A stretch of DNA of 64,000 nt from NCBI RefSeq assembly GCF_009914755.1, contig NC_060934.1; one strand, given 5' to 3'. The DNA comes from the human T2T-CHM13v2.0 reference genome, Homo sapiens. The notes under the pieces were generated by a model, which worked only from the letters and a program-made list of their open reading frames with translations, was not told where the DNA came from and did not search any database. This document shows positions 13,953 through 25,986 of this stretch, one piece after another. Each line of letters starts with the position of its first letter. Position 1 is the stretch's first letter. The position numbers and the translations under genes were made by a program.

Positions 13953-14120
13953 TTCTTAACCTGTTATTTAAAAGCCTCCGTGTATTGAGTTCAAGTTGCC
14001 CCCTTCACACAGCACGACTCTCAGTGGAGTCCCAGCTTCTTAACCTGTTATTAAAAAGCCTCCGTTTATTGGGTTCAAGTTGCCTCCTTCACACAGCACG
14101 ACTCTCAGCGGAGTCCCAGC
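13953..14120. repeat. Tandem duplication, 2 x 84 bp
   Basis: 13953-14036 vs 14037-14120, 5 mismatches. Confidence 0.95.
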
Positions 14121-15258
14121 CTGCCTGGACTTCTCTCGATTTGCTGAAGGTTCCCTGAATATCTGTCTCTATGGCTCTGTTCACGCCATTCCTTCTGTTT
14201 CTGAGCTCTGCCATCTCCACCCAAGCACAATTACCATCTTTCAAAATCTTTCTCATGCTTCATGAGGTCCTTAAAAAATCCTATGAGAAAGAGTGGGTGT
14301 TACTAGTTACTCACCTAATAATATTAAAAATAGTCATCACATTAATTATTGTAATGAACTCTCATAGACACTTTGACTTATGTTATCTCCATAAACCCTT
14401 CCAGTAGCTGTCAGGTGGACAGGACAACTATGGTAGTTATCTCCATCTTATTAATTTATAGATTTTATGGCTGGGGCTCAGCAAGTTTAGGTGACTTGCC
14501 TATGGTTACAAAGTGCTTGGAGGGCCTGAATTCAAACTCAGGCCTCAGATTTCAGTCCCTTTCCACAGCATCCTACCACCTGCCACATCTACCGTCTTCA
14601 GCCGTATTCCAAGCGCATGTCTGCCATGCTTTCTTCTTACCTACTTTTCACTTTCATTTTTCTCCTTCCAGAATCTATAGAATTAATAGCTCAGATGGGG
14701 ACAGGTACGGGTAGACTTTCTCCTAGATGAGAAAGGTCCCCTCTTACAGGACAGAGCTCTCACCAAAGCGACATACAAATAAAATAACTTCTGATGTTGA
14801 ATATGAACTTTTCTCCTTCAGCTCAGGGTGCTGCCACCAGTACTGATGTGAAGAAGGGAGAAAAGTGGGTGAGGAGGGAGGAGGGAGGAGGGTAGTGGGC
14901 CAAGGTCTGTGAGTCTCACCAAGTCTGGATCCTCGGGCCCCAGCTGGCCCACCTCCCTCTGTGCTTCCAGTCTCTGTGAGGTGCCTCCTGGCTGCAGCGG
15001 GCAGGCTCTCACTGATGTAGGACACAGCCTTGCCATCCACCACGGAGTTCAGCCAGTCATAGAAATACTGTTTAAAAAGGGGTTAGGCTTTCCATCAGCT
15101 TTTAGCCCACATTACAGCTGAACTACCAGGCACGTGCTAGGTGACTGTTGCCCACCGTGGAAATCTGTCATGCATAACAGGATTCCTACATTTTCAGAGT
15201 CCCAACAACTAATGACTTTAAAATTATTGAAGTCACTTTTGAAATGACTATGGATTTA

Positions 15259-15608
<350 letters not shown>

Positions 15609-16089
15609 TAATCCCACCTCGCCGTACTTTCTGTTGCCTTAGTGCTCTCTGTGGGGTCATTATGCTTTCAGTTGTTCAGGCAACTGCCTTACAACTAATT
15701 CTGATTTCTGAACAAATCCTTAGCAGGTATCTTGATCATCGAAGATGTCAAAAGGAAAAATGGAAATAGTATATACCTGGATGTCCCAGACACTCTTACT
15801 CTAAGTCCACGAGCAGGAGAAAAGAAAGGCTCACTTGCCTCTTTCCTCCTTGATCTCCACACAGAGGGTCATTCCCAGGTTGGTTTCTTTGAGGGGGATC
15901 TGCTGGAGGCCATGAAGTATCATTTTGGAGAAACTCTTCTCCCAGGGTTCCATAAATCAAAATGCTGGCATGGGGGTGGGGTCAGGCTTGGTTCCTTTCC
16001 TGCTCTCAACTCCTCCTTTCTAGACCTCAGCTCTCCCACAAGCAGCTGCCCTGGGGAAGAATCCTTGAAAATGTTGTAATCACCCACAA

Positions 16090-16240
16090 TCTGCTGGTAT
16101 TATTTTGGGAACTGAATGAGATAAGGTATGAGGAAACTCCATAAACTCCTACGTGCATTGCACAGATTAAACGAGTTAATATGTATAAAACAGAACAATG
16201 CCCAGCACATAGTAAGCCTTCTATATGTGTTTATTTTCAT
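16090..16240 (+). mobile_element. MIR fragment
   Basis: gattaaacgagttaatatgtataaa...cccagcacatagtaagc. Confidence 0.6.
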
Positions 16241-16389
16241 TATTTGAAATGCTAAACAATGTTCCACAATTGGAAAAATGGCTGTCCAAATCATAGATAT
16301 TCTTTCTTCTTCTTCCTCAGGATCCTTGGTATTTATGACCTAATGTTCTATGATTACAATATCCACGATTTCTGATTTAGTGACTATGC

Positions 16390-17290
16390 ATCCATTCACT
16401 CATTCATTCATTCAACAAACAGTTACTAGAGCTACTAGGCACTAAGTGTCTTAGGACACTGCAGTCAGCCAAAGAGACAAAACCCATCCTTTGTGCAGAG
16501 GTCCAGATGCACGAGACAGACAAGAAAGCAGAAGAATATAATATGAAATACACCAGGTGACTCCCATGAAACAAACTAAGCAGAGGAGGGAGGTGGGGAG
16601 TGCTGGGTGGGGCGGCAGGGAGGGCTTTGCTGGTCCTGAAGGGTCTCTGTGAAATGACGTTGAGTAAAGACCTGCACGAGGAGAGGACTGAGTCACACAG
16701 ACAATGGCAGGTGAACGTTCCCGGCCGAAACATGGGTGTGAGGTCGGAGCTGCCAAGCACGTTCTGGGAAGGGGGATGGGCTGCGTGGAGTTGAGCAAGG
16801 GGTAGAGAAGACAGACGAGGTGGGTGTGCCCATGGGGCTGTCCACAGGCCATGGTGAGAACTTGGAGTTCAGGTAGGACACCGCCCGAGGGGTCTACGTG
16901 CTGTCTTCAGCTTTGAGTGCAGAGCAGACTTATTTACACCTAGAAAGGGGGTACCCTGGTCCCTGTGTTGAGAGGACTGTAAGGAGCAAGTGCAGAAGAA
17001 GAGAGACTACTGGGGGCGACTTCACTCTTCCAGTTGATGGTCGGAGGGCACCAGCAGAAGGACCCTGGCAGCGTGCAGGGATTCCGATATCTCTTGATGG
17101 GATGTACCAAGCCACTGAAGATGAGGGGAGGGAAAAGGAGGAGCAGGGCGGCCTCAAGGTTTGGGGCCCCAACCCGTGGTAGGAGGCCATCCCCATTCAC
17201 AAGATGGGAGCACTGCGGGAAGAACTAGATGGCATGAGAAGATGAGACATTTTATTTTGGACACGTTAACTTTGAGATATGGAGAATACA
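16390..17290 (-). mobile_element. L2 3' portion
   Basis: (CATT)n tail cattcattcaacaaac followed by degenerate L2 sequence. Confidence 0.7.
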
Positions 17291-17678
17291 GTTGATAGCT
17301 TTTCTGAATCAAGAATTAAGACACATGAACTAAGGATGTAAAAGTTGTATTTTCAGCAGCCAGGTACTGAAACTTCTTGGGCAAGTGGGTACTTATTGGG
17401 AATCATGGGACTAGATATTTGAGGTCTATGTCATATAATTTCCATATCTAGAAAACAGCAGTCAGTAAAAGATATAAAAACTGTAATGATGATGATGTTG
17501 GTTATGAGGACAACAGCACCCATCACTTACCGAGCAGTTGCTAATCATGGTCATTATGAGAAGGCTCATATTTTCCCTCCCTGTGTTTTCAAACAGAGAG
17601 GCTTGCATCCCTCTAACCTATCCTCACTCCTCATCCCTGTACCCCAGGAAGAAGAGTGATTGATCTGATGGATACGTT

Positions 17679-18401
17679 TGTAAAAGAAAATAAAATCTCA
17701 GGCCCCCCAAACCAGTTATGCCAAGGGGAGAGGTAAGCCTGGAAGCCAAGTCCTGCCACCGTGCCATTCTTTTTCCCCAGGAGACAGCGGTCACTTCACA
17801 ACCCTGTGTCACAGCATTCTACGTAAGCCAGGCTCCCACAATGACAAAAGGCCCCGAGCTTCTCCCAGATGGCCACCGTCACACACTGCTTACGAGGAAA
17901 TTCCTTTCTGGCCCCTAAATCCTTCAGGATCCACATTCCCCTACAAAACAAGCCTATGCCGATTGCAACCCTAGGACTGCAACCTAAGCTTAACTTCTAA
18001 AACTGAGTTCTGTTTTAGGAACTCAACTGACAATGTTGATTTCAAGCTCATCTTCCCAGGTACAGAAGAAGGGCCAGCTGAGATCAGTCACTCTTCTCCT
18101 GACTCTGAGGCAGGTGCATAATGGATTTGTTCCTCTGCTCCCTGTTCTCACACATTTACCTTATCTTATGTAAGACATGGATTTGGTAAGCGCTAATTAG
18201 AGCCTCACTGCCTCCCTCCTCCCTCTTCCCTCCTGCTTGCCCCCTCTCCTTAAGCACTGAGTTCCTAAAACCCTCTTTGGAAAGCACAGGTCACAGGTGC
18301 TTCTGGGGCTGGTGTTTTTCCCGGGTGTGTCCTCAAACTTTAGCTCAATAAACCTCAACTGATAGAGAAACTTGCCTCAGTCACTCATTTTTTGGTTAAC
18401 A
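17679..18401 (+). mobile_element. ERV1 solo LTR (MER4 group)
   Basis: TGTAAAAGAAAATAAAATCTC...GGTTAACA termini, AATAAA near 18347, TSD CGTT/TGTT. Confidence 0.8.
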
Positions 18402-19779
18402 TGTTCTACATGAATAAACCGTTCCCACCCATCTCCACCCTCCTCTTCTCATGTTGCAGGATCTGCTGATCTGCAGAACCATTTCTGCACTATCCTGGGC
18501 CATGTCATAGGCTGGGGTGGGGTGGGGGCGCATCCTCCTCGGTTGGCAGGGGTGAGAGGGTCCCTGACACAGTCCAGCATCGCCTGGGACGCTGTGAACA
18601 GACGACCAACTTATTTGCCTGAACGTTTTAGCCATCTCCATCGATCTGGCCTTTGTTATAACTGGTGGACATGCTTCTCCATCTCCCTGTCTCCTGATCT
18701 GCCTCTCCGTTTGTTCTAAGCACAAGCATAGCCAAGAGGGCTTATGTGTTGGATCTCCCACAACCCACAAAACTGTGCAAAGGACTCACAGTGAGTAAGC
18801 AACAGCACCTGAACCCAGCTTTGGTGGCTAAGTGTCTCCACCCAAACTAATACGTTATTTCTTGTTAGCAAATGTCTTTGAAGGTTAGGTCAGGGAGGAC
18901 ATGAATGCATAGAGTTTTCGCTGTAGACTGTTTCTGTCTGCTCCCACCTGTCCCTACTTGCAAAGGACATGTTATGACTGTAGGGACAGGCTTTCCTGGC
19001 AACTTGCTTAATTATCTTAAGCACTATTAGGATGTTTCTCCTTGTACCTGGGGCTTAATGATCTTTCTTTCTACTCCATGGCTGTGGTTTGAAGAATGAA
19101 GAATTGGGTGATATAAACAGAGATGGAGTTTCTCGGAATACCCTAAGTTCTCTTCTGGATGTCAGGGCGCCTGTGCCTATCTGGGTAATTTTCTCAGCAT
19201 GTCATAAGCCTGTGCAATTCCCTCCAAGCTTCTGCCATTCATGCCTTTAGAAGTGGCTGATTGGGATCAATGAGGATTTCTATGGACAAAGTCTAGAAAG
19301 AAGCTAACTTCATCAGATAAAGTTGGGAGGAACTCAGCCTCCCTGGCATCATTTTCTAACCATGGTTAGGATAATCACTTACTAGACACAAAGATGCTGC
19401 CTTCTGTAGGAGTAAATGGAAATGTAGGACTCTGCTTCTTGTGTCAAAATTTACTCTGAAAAGACAACCTTCTCTCTGACTCTACCATCTTGTGACCCAG
19501 CAGCTCTAACTGAGATGCTGGATCCCTTGCAGTCCTCCTGACATTTCTTCCTGTCATGTAGGTGCTCAGTGAGGAAGAGCACACCACCCAAAACAGGGGC
19601 GTCAAGTTGGGGCCAGGGACTCAGGTGCTCTGGTCAAAGGGTACCTAGACTGAGAAGGGGATCTGAAGCCCCTGGGCATGAGGCTTTGCCATTCTCGAAC
19701 CTTTGCATGGCCGAGTTCAAAAAGGCACAGAGACCCAGGAAGGAGTTAACATGTGAAGGAGCTTGCAGTTTGTAAATGT

Positions 19780-20010
19780 TGGTGTCATGGAGTATAGGCC
19801 AGCTCTATCAGTTTCCAAGCTGTACAGTCTTGGACAAGTGACTTAATCTTTCTGTGACTACATTATCATATCTGCAAAACAAGGTATATAATGGACCCAC
19901 TTCATCAGGGTCTATGAAGGATTGGGTCTATGTCTGTGTTGTGATGATTTAATGAATTAATCCATGGAAAATGCGTATGACAGTGTTTGGTGGAAAAGAT
20001 GGCTACGATG
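19780..20010 (+). mobile_element. MIR
   Basis: cttggacaagtgacttaatctttctgtg...catatctgcaaaac core. Confidence 0.65.
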
Positions 20011-21174
20011 ATCACACCACACTTTTCTAAAACATCCTTAGAAATTCTCCCTCATGAAAATACCATAGGAACTTGTTTCATGGGTCATCAGACATGGCCC
20101 AGAACACCTCTGAACCACTTGCCAAGGGGATGAAGTGACACACACATTTGTTTTTTGCTGTTAGTCACGAAGCATTTGGAATATCTGCCTACTATATTGC
20201 AAAGCACTGCACTGGATATGCATATGGGACAGGGTCATGTTCTCAACACATCATGGGGTAGGTATGGGGCAAACCTCTCCTTCCTAGGGCGCGGTCAGAG
20301 AAGGAGCCTTCGAGAGCCTGGGCTCCACTTTCTTAACCTTTGATCCCATGAATAGAGACATGGCTGGTTCCCATGAACTTGGTGTCAGAGTCAGAGCAAG
20401 AAATGGCAAAGTGAGCTGTCGCCCTTGGGTACACCAGTAGCAAAAACACTCCTGTCCTCCCATGCTGCTGTGACACCACACCCCACTTCCTCCCGCGGGC
20501 GTGTGACACTTTTCAAAGAAAATACAGTATTTGGTAGTATCAATACAGCAAGCGGAAGCAGCAGTGCTCAGTCCGCAGTGAGCTAACAGTTTTATAGAGA
20601 ATACTCTACGGAAGCCCGCATGTGCCGGCTCTGCCCGGCAACGGGGGACTGGGCTATCACAGTCACAGGGGGGGTTGTTGCAAATAGAGGGACAGGGTGG
20701 ACTAGGGAAGGGCACCGGGGGAAGAGAAAGAAAGTGCAGAAAGAAAGAGCTGGGTCTATCTGGGCAGATGCATGCGTTTAGGGCAATGTGAATTGCTCAC
20801 ATCCAGTTGCAGTCAGAAACGTCGCCAGCTTACAAATGCAAGTGTCGTAAAAACTTGGCTGCAGTTGTTTGGGGTTTAGAATCCACAGAAACTCTAAAAT
20901 TAGGTAATACTTAGGTTCCTAGGCCAGCCCCTTCACTGACCGTTCATCTGCTAATTCAGAAAGGAGCCAAAAGGAATATATGAAACTGACCACCCATTGG
21001 CATTGTTCTAGCTTACGGGACTCTCTATTTTTCCTCCTCACTGTGACGTTTCAGAGTTACTGTAGGCTGAGGATCCACTGGAGGCCTAATTTCTGAATTC
21101 AGAAAACTATTAAGTTGTTTTATGATGTGAGAAAAGGACATCTGTACTCTCACCTGTCAGCAGGGTGGAGCCCA

Positions 21175-21350
21175 CATGGTTCTCAGAGATGGTCCTGGAG
21201 AAACAGCAACATCAGCATCCCTGAGACCTCTTTAAAAATGCAAATCCTGCAGCCCCACCCAGAGCTGCTGGGTGAGAAGCTCTGGGGTGAGGATGGAGCT
21301 TTAGCAAGGCCGCCAGGGAACGGATGCATATTGAAGTTCGCAAAGCTGCC
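21175..21350. mobile_element. MER5A-like hAT-Charlie MITE
   Basis: cagcaacatcagcatccctgaga...aaatgcaaatcctg...ccccacccaga. Confidence 0.65.
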
Positions 21351-21435
21351 CTGGAGTCAGCTCCACCAGGCCAGGCCAGCAGCTTTCTCGTTTCTATTTG
21401 CTCAGAATCCAGCACAGTGCCTGGTGGTTCTAAAT

Positions 21436-21643
21436 CAGTGGTTCTCAGAGGGTGATGTTGCTCCTCTGAGCAACATTTGGCAATGTCTGGAGACAGATAT
21501 TTTTGGTTGTCACAAATGGCGGGAGGGTGTGCTTCTGGTATCTAGTAGGGTGAGGTCAGAGATACAGCTCAACAACCTACGATGACAGGCTAGTCCCCCA
21601 AGCACCCCCCCAAAACCAATAGTGCTGAGGCTGAGAAACCCTG
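21436..21643 (+). mobile_element. MER20 hAT-Charlie element
   Basis: CAGTGGTTCTCA...TGAGAAACCCTG TIRs, perfect 8-bp TSD TTCTAAAT. Confidence 0.9.
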
Positions 21644-22562
21644 TTCTAAATAAATGGCAATGCCGAGAATATCTCCCCAACCCATTCCTCACCACTTCTC
21701 ATCACTTCCTCATGTTCAGTGAATTCTGGCCCCACCCAGAGAATGGAAGAAGGTAGATTGAGGGACTCTGTCTCTCTCTCTTTCCCATATTCCCTTCTCA
21801 TTTAGGGACCACACGTGGCACAGGAATTGACCATGTAAGATGTTCATAATAAGCATCTTTGGAATAAGTAAATGGATGAATCCATTATAATAAGACAGGA
21901 AATAAATCAGTTAGTGGATCTGTTTTTTGTTTTTTTGTTTTTTTCATTTTGAAAGCTGAAAGTGCCCTTATTGATCTCGTGGTCTGCCCTCTCATGTAAC
22001 AGAAGAGAGAACTGAGGCTCAGAAAATTAAGGTGAGTGATCAAAGCTATCTACCTAATTAGCAGCAGGAAGGGATTAGGAGCCAGTTCTCCCAGCGCCTC
22101 CCTCGGTCCTCTTTTGGCCGGGCCAGTGTTTGACTCTTCCAGGCATCACTCAGTGAGGATCTGATTTGAATAGGTGATTGGATTTGCTCATGCACAGAGT
22201 ATTAATATTACATATGCCGAAGGATTGTTTAATCGGCCAGATGTCGGACCCTATCAGACTTAATGCTTGTGACTTGTACTGATTTCTGAGCAGTGTAGCA
22301 GCATCCAGTGCAGTAGCTGGCATTCAATCAGCCAGTGGCCGGGTGAAATGCTCATTCTTCATACTTTAAAAGGGGCTTTTCTATATTCATCATATGCATA
22401 TAATATGAAGAGATTAAAAGCTTAGCTTCTTTAAGAAAAACATGGTTTAAAAACAGTACTTGGTTATGGGATACATAGTTGGCAAATGTCAAGCTTCTAC
22501 TTTACTTGGTGAATTTGTCCTGAGCCATTCAGATTATTTTGTGACAAGAGACATTGCTTGAA

Positions 22563-22707
22563 ATGTGCTTCGGTCTACAGTCATCCCACCCCGACTGCAC
22601 CCAATCTTGACATGTGCTTCAGTCTACAGTCATCCCACCCCGAATGCACCCAATCTTGACATGTGCTTCAGTCTACAGTCATCCCACCCCGACTGCACCC
22701 AATCTTG
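22563..22707. repeat. Minisatellite, 49-bp unit, about 3 copies
   Basis: atgtgcttc(a/g)gtctacagtcatcccaccccga(c/a)tgcacccaatcttgac at 22563, 22612, 22661. Confidence 0.95.
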
Positions 22708-23134
22708 TCTGAAACGTACTTCAGCCTGTTCTTACAAGACACCAATCTCTCAAGAGAACATGACAGCATTTTTTAACTGCAATTTCATTATTCTCCAGAG
22801 CAGAAGGTAGATGGAGTGAATACCTTCATTTTTAAAAGGAGTCCATTATAGATTAGTGGCAAATAACTAATAGGCAAGAGCACTTTACAGTTTACAAATA
22901 GCTTTTCAAAGATGAGAATAACTAAGAGGCTGCTAAATCTAAGAGATATTGGTAATTTATTTCTTCACTGGCCCTTTACCACAGAGTTAAAGAAGCACTA
23001 TTCTGTGGATCCTGTTTTACTGCAATACTTGCTAAATTGCAATCTATTCTAATTTTCTATTTTTTTCATATTCCCCCCTGAATCTAAGCTCTATGACTTC
23101 AAAAGTAATGTTTAGATTTTGTTTTTTTAAAAAA

Positions 23135-23753
<619 letters not shown>

Positions 23754-23759
23754 TAAAAT

Positions 23760-24890
23760 AAAGATATTATAATGGGAATAATGTGGTTCTGGCAGCAAAA
23801 GAGATGGACAGGTTACCGGAACAAAACAGAATGTCCAGAAACAGATCCAATTACATATAAAAGTTTTGTGTTTAAAGAAGATGGTATTTAAACTCAACGG
23901 GAAAGGGAAAGATTGCTTAATGAATGAGACTGTGTCTACCAGCTAAAACCTACATTAAAGCTAATATAATACTAAATTCAGACAGATTGAAGATATTCAT
24001 CCAGAAATAAAACTGCTAAACCACTAAAAGTACTAGGTAACATAGATCAATAATTATGCCCTCTTGGAATTAGGAATGACTTCTTAGATATGATCCCACA
24101 GACAAGCCCCAAAAAGGTAAACATTTCCAAACTATTTTACATAAAACTTGTGTGTTATTAATACACGTAAAGCTGGGAGACATAATTGCAAAATATGTGG
24201 CAAAATATTTAATTATTTAAATATCATTAAAAAGGGCAAATCCCCTAATGAAAAAATGGGCAAAGGCTAACAACAGGCAATTTACAAAAGTAAAGTTATC
24301 AAGGGCCAATAAAACAAGTTCCATTTTACTAGAAATAAAAGATAGGTAAATCATCCAGGTCTTTAATCCCTTCTCTGTGATTCCAAATGCCAAAAAGCTC
24401 TAAAAATAGAAAATAATTATTCTGTGATATAAACTAATTTTGTAGCAAAATCCAAAGTCTGACATGAAGCTCTTTACAGTCTATTTATTCTACTGAACAT
24501 GACTCTTAATATCCTTCCCCAGTACATAGCTTTTTGGGAAAATTTTGTAATATACAGCATGTAACTTTATTACCTTTATAAAATATGAATTATGAAGCAG
24601 ATCTCGCCATAGCAATTTGGATAAGAGACCTCTACAAGCTTTATAGAAGGAAGTGTGTATTAAATGACTTTAAAGTGATAAGGAAAGTGTAAGAAAATAT
24701 ACTTACAAGACTGTTCATTGCAGCACAGTTTAATAATAATAAAACTAGAAACAGCCTGAAGATTCAAAAATAAGATATTGTTTAAATATATAATGGCATG
24801 TAACTATAATGGAATATTTTATAACCAGTGGCTTATTACTTATTGAAACAAAGATATTTACAGAATATACTTAAAAGTTAAATAGAAACA
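23760..24890 (+). mobile_element. Very old L1M(E)-like ORF2/3' fragments
   Basis: Degenerate A-rich L1 motifs (aaaatgggcaaagg...aacaggcaatttaca; tgttcattgcagca). Confidence 0.5.
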
Positions 24891-24934
24891 TATATCTATA
24901 TATATATATATAGATATATAGATATATATATATA
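24890..24934. repeat. (TA)n/(GATATA) microsatellite
   Basis: Direct reading. Confidence 0.9.
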
Positions 24935-25109
24935 AACTCATTACAAAGATAAAAATCTGTCAGTGGGAAAAAATTTGGAGTAAAATGCTATCTTTCAGTA
25001 TACTGGATATTAGTTGATTTTAACTAGTTCTTTTTGGAATTTGCAATTCAAATTTTAAAAAATAATTCTGTGTAACAAAAAGGGAAAATGTTTTTCATAT
25101 ATTTATTCG

Positions 25110-25270
25110 GTTTGAAGTCCTAACAATTTTGTGAAGTAGGATGAATTGTTCCCATTATAAAGAAGGGAAAAATGGATGTGTACAGAAATTAACACTTTCT
25201 CCAAGGCTGCCGAGCTTGTAAGTAACCTGGCTCACTTCTGCTGACTCTGACACTAGTTTCTTTCCACTAC
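25110..25270 (-). mobile_element. MIR fragment
   Basis: cccattataaagaagggaaaa...ccaaggctgccgagcttgtaagt. Confidence 0.55.
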
Positions 25271-25625
25271 AAGACCTCTCTGTTCACCTGGTCCCAGGTA
25301 TCACCTGGCACCATTCGGATGCCCAGTTTTGATAACATTTGGTAATTTAACAAGTCTCTCTTTCACCTAATACCAACTTATCAGGAGTTCCATATGTGGA
25401 AAGTATTGTGGGTATCTAAGCCATAGTTCCTGTTTCCAAGAATCCTCCAATCCTCATAATGGGAGATTCCCAATTTAAGAAACAGCAAAAATTTATAACT
25501 TTACTAATAAGTTATTTGTTTAGGTCAGGGAATATACATTTTTTCCATAGAAATGTTACCCATGATGTTAAATCCACATATGTATTAATACATTTTTTTT
25601 TCAGTACCAAATGGTGCTATGAAAA

Positions 25626-25986
25626 TGTGAAAGTTACCAGTATCAAAATGGAGTCACTTATGTCAAACCCCAAGTAAAAAGACCTGGGAGGTTACGAAGG
25701 AAGTAGGCAAGGAATTCCCCAAAACCAAAGTATTCCAGACAAGCTGCCGGCCTGACACGCCTGTCTCCAGCCATGCGCCAAGGCCACCTCCTGCACTGAG
25801 CGCTGTTTCAAAACAGCCCGTGTCCACCTCCCCTCTTGGTCTTTTGAAGTCTCCCCTCGCCGCGCCTCTTTAGACGCACCTGAGATCCATCAAAGCGGAC
25901 AGATCCCGATTACAGTCCCCTGCTCTTCCCAAATAAGCTCTATGCTTTGGAAAGTCAGTCTGTCTGTCACTCATTTTAAGCTGACG
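25626..25986 (+). mobile_element. ERV1 LTR remnant (MER34-like)
   Basis: Starts TGTGAAAGTTACCAGTATCAAAATGGAGTCACTT, AATAAG near the 3' end; TSD unclear. Confidence 0.5.

Noticed and set aside
22563-22707. Repeat array as CRISPR-like (also 92-205 and 13953-14120)
   Set aside because: Units are contiguous with no unique spacers, the context is eukaryotic, and there are no cas genes.
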